Notes under the pieces: model-generated | Seen by the model: only the letters and a program-made list of their open reading frames with translations | Database searches by the model: none | What the model was told of the DNA's origin: nothing | Position numbers and translations under genes: made by a program | DNA from: Lepidodermella squamata | Lineage: Eukaryota > Animalia > Gastrotricha | DNA length: 64,000 nt | NCBI GenBank assembly: GCA_047495785.1 | Contig: JBLDXI010000036.1 | Coordinates: forward strand, 186,001 to 250,000 | Reading direction: 5' to 3' | Shown here: piece after piece, positions 60,684 through 64,000 of the stretch | How positions within the stretch are numbered: the first letter of the stretch is position 1 | Layout of the letters: the number at the start of each line of letters is the position of its first letter

Positions 60684-63170
60684 ATGGCCACTGCTATTCG
60701 CATTATTATTTTGATGACACTGGCCAGTTCGGCTGTCTCAGTCGAGTACAGGCGCTGCTTCTCTCGACTCAATGATAGCTTCACCGGTTGTAAAATGGGA
60801 TGTACCTTTGTCGAAGAAGTTCATGTGAGTAAACACATTTTCTCTGAATGAATTTTATTAAACAAATGCCTTAGCTCGGAACTGCACTGCCGTCATTGGC
60901 AACCTGCTTGGATGGGGTGAAATGCGCTTTTGTAAATACAAATTTGTTGCTACGCGTTTATTTCAGTCCGCTCGCAGCTGTTTTAACTACAAAACAATCA
61001 ACATGCGCTGTATCCCCCGCAACTTGGGCTGTTCGTCAATCGACGAAGTTATGGTAAGCATTTAAATCGTTCTTCTTCGATAACAGGCTCATTTGATTTT
61101 TCTCAGACCGCTGAGTACCTTGGAAATAACTTCGAAACGCAGTACAATCTGTGTAGATCTTCAATCAAAAAATTCCCAGTGAGTATTATCTCAAATCAGG
61201 CTCTGTGCGAACTTGGAACTTCACCGCAGAATGTTCAAGCGACGCTTTGTGAAAAAAATGGCGAACGAACCTGCATTCCAGCAGATGGCCCTTGCCCAAA
61301 CAATGGCGTAAGCATTTTCGCTTGTTTCGCCTATTTTTCCGGCTCAATTTTACCGTAGAAAGTCGTGGGCTACTGGTCGACTACGCTATCTTGCATGGCA
61401 CAGGAAAACTGTGAGTTTGCACATGTTTATGATTCCAAAATCTTTCCTAATTTCATACGTTTCAGTGCAACGTAACGAAACCGACTACCTTCCGCACTAT
61501 CGGTGCTTTCTCCAGAGTGACCGGTCCTTTGTTGGATGCCGACCGACGCCCTGCAACTCGACCTACATGACTCAGGTGAGGCTTGGAACAATAGACTTCA
61601 ATTAATATTAGCGCTTTCAACCCCGTAAAAATTCGTCAAAATGACTGTATAATAACTTGCAAAAATCATTTTCTTATTTCAGTCTTACAGTGGAGGAACT
61701 TTCATCGACAAAGCTCATTGCCTCAATGGGGTTGGTTTACTGTATTGAAAAAGTAGATTTTACTGATACAATTTCATCAATTCACAGCCGGTAGTGCTGT
61801 GTCACTCGTCGAATGGCTACGATTGCCGCGATACCTGCCCTTCTCCCATGACAGTGGTAGGCTCAGTTTCAAATGAATACATCTAGTACAGACCTAGTTG
61901 AACCATTTAGTATACAACGTTCGCCTGGAGACCTGATTTTACTACCAACTACGCAGATTGCCTCAATTTTTCAAGGGTTTGGAACTGAGGCCAGAATCGA
62001 TAGCAATCATTCGCTTTAATATTCACAGCCGTCACTGCTGTGTTCTTCGCCGAGTGGCTTCGTTTGCCGAGACTCCTGCCCGCCCCCGATGACATTGGTA
62101 GTTCACTTGAAGTTGACTCTACAAAATTATCTACTACATATTCAGGTTTCGATATTCAACTCCCAAAAAAGCGCTGCTGAAAACAACGCTTATTGCCTAG
62201 ACGAATTGGTTTGAATCCTAATCATCTGCTTCCATTTGCCATGATATCATCTTTCAAACCCGACAATAGAAACCCCATAAAATCTGCGTCGATCAAACCT
62301 CGTACAAATTTGTGAAATGCATTCCGGTATCTAATTACACATGGTGCCCTACCGGAATTATAACGGGAGCAACCTTCAACAACTCGATCGAGTGCGCAAA
62401 TGGTAAGCATTGATCATCGCTTGATTTAATTTTAATATTAGAAAATTGATATACAGCACCATCAACCATGTATCCTCATCGCCGATGCTTCGAACCTTTG
62501 GGGTTGACATTTCCAGGATGTAAACAAGCCCCACAGCAGTGTGATGGCAACAATGTAAGATTTTCCTTGGTAGTTTCCATATTTTCCTAAATTTCCTTTC
62601 CTTCAAGACGCTGAGTCCAACTGTCTATATTACTAAAGCGGAATGCGAGGCAGGGGTAAGATTTTCAGACTTCCTTTTGGGAACATTTCCCTGGTTCCTT
62701 TAATTATGCCGTTATAGCGAATTCGAGTATGTTATGATGGAACGAATGGTGGCAGCTGTCTTGAAACTTGCCCTACTGGGCCCGGGAAATATGATGTAAG
62801 ATAGATATTATGAAAAAATCAGACGGAAATACGTAAATTCACATTACAGCTTGGCCTCGTAGGATCCCCCGACTCTCTGTCTAAATCTTTTGATAGCTGC
62901 CGAACTTTCATGGAGGTAACATTTCTATCTTGAAAATAATTTCATGTCATTTGGCGTTGTGTATCCTTACTAGGGCAAACACGTCAATTGCGTCAACAGT
63001 GTGACAAAATTTGCTGTTGTTTGCATGCCACAATCGATGAATTGCCCAGCTAATACGGTAAAGTCAATTGTAATAGGTTTAGATATGCATCTAGAAAGGT
63101 ATTATTGCAGACATCGTGGGCCAATGGTCAGCTCTACGACAACTTGAACCAGTGCCTGATAAACAAGTAA
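60684..63170 (+). CDS. Secreted cysteine-rich micro-exon protein with ten 4-Cys modules (~487 aa, 19 exons)
   Basis: Exons 60684-60824, 60875-60916, 60967-61053, 61107-61178, 61230-61307, 61359-61410, 61466-61575, 61683-61730, 61788-61856, 61911-61976, 62029-62097, 62146-62208, 62270-62402, 62457-62554, 62608-62655, 62718-62795, 62850-62915, 62974-63057, 63111-63170. All GT-AG, no internal stops; signal peptide MATAIRIIILMTLASSAVS. Confidence 0.8.
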
Positions 63171-63439
63171 GATACATTTATCCTTAGAAGTTAGAAATAA
63201 GTTGCTAGTTGCTACTTTCCCTAACCAAAAGCCGAACAACAGGGGGGCCCCTTATATTTTCTATCCTCGCCCCTGAGAGATGCAAGAGGGAACCCTTACC
63301 TCCTATATCCCCCTTTCGGTAAAATTCCCATCTTCTACACCGGGGAAAATGCTGTTTGCTACCTCTTTGTAGCTGGGTCTAGTAGGATCACCTTATTAGC
63401 TAGACTTTTCCCAGCCAACGTTTTAATAGCGGGAGGGAG

Positions 63440-63697
63440 CAGGGTGCGATCTTCGATCCCCGAGCTCCCAGGGATGGAAAAAACTTTATTGCTGTATTTG
63501 CCAAAATGACGAGTCATTTGGGCTTATAACCGAGCGAAGCGAGAAAATTTTGGAAAATTTCCACTAAAACACGTCCCAGAACCTCCCAAAATTAACAAAA
63601 CAGTAGGATAAATTCTCATTTTGTTGTTTGGCCCCTCCGAGGGGGGATGATCCCCCCATTCCCCCCCCCCCCCCTCCCTCCTGAAAGTCGCACACTG
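63440..63697. mobile_element. hAT-type MITE (258 bp)
   Basis: Imperfect TIR CAGGGTGCGATCTT / AAAGTCGCACACTG, perfect 8-bp TSD GGAGGGAG; 5' fragment of the same family at 57109-57200. Confidence 0.8.
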
Positions 63698-64000
63698 GGA
63701 GGGAGACTCTTGTGCTTTTCCAGAGAACTCTACTTCCCAAAGCAGTAATTTTCGCTGATTTTCAGACCGTCCCTGGAAAATGACGAGAAATTAAAATTTC
63801 GCATTTATCTGCATGTTTTTCTGTTTTTTCTGGCCTCCGCTGCAAATGAAGTTTTCATTAAAAATAGATGAGCACAGCGTGGTCGAATTATCTAGAAACC
63901 GATGAAAAATTGATAGGTCGGAAAATCTATCCCCTCCGGCGCCTTATGGGAAGATGTTGAGTCATCTTGGCGATCTCTCTGGATCTCTAACCGTAAATGA

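Noticed and set aside
1-64000. rRNA/tRNA genes, prokaryotic operons, species assignment
   Set aside because: None recognisable; the sequence supports only an invertebrate animal with short introns.

Overview
Eukaryotic, animal (invertebrate-like) genomic DNA with very short AT-rich GT-AG introns (mostly 48-60 nt), so the ORF track misses or fragments most genes. Gene models below were spliced by hand from splice sites and exon phase. Left to right: two tandem Cys-loop (nAChR-like, non-alpha) channel genes; a fucosyltransferase-like type II membrane protein, head-to-head with a small gene made only of two glutaminase-type ankyrin domains; a duplicated block of [pseudoprotease-CCP-trypsin gene (-) / class C GPCR (+)] with partly decayed copies; a ~3,060-aa secreted protein with 16 C-type lectin domains, one per phase-0 exon; and a cluster of micro-exon genes and pseudogenes built from a 4-cysteine module I do not recognise, which also precedes every lectin domain. 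Mobile DNA includes an intron-containing pogo/Tigger transposon, PIF/Harbinger-, EnSpm/CMC-, hAT- and Tc1/mariner-type non-autonomous elements (several with visible TSDs), an RTE-like LINE fragment, and an inverted repeat carrying two minimal Penelope-type hammerhead ribozymes. The best candidates for a new system are the 4-Cys micro-exon/giant-lectin family and the catalytic-domain-free glutaminase ankyrin protein. No database searches were run; the species is unidentified.
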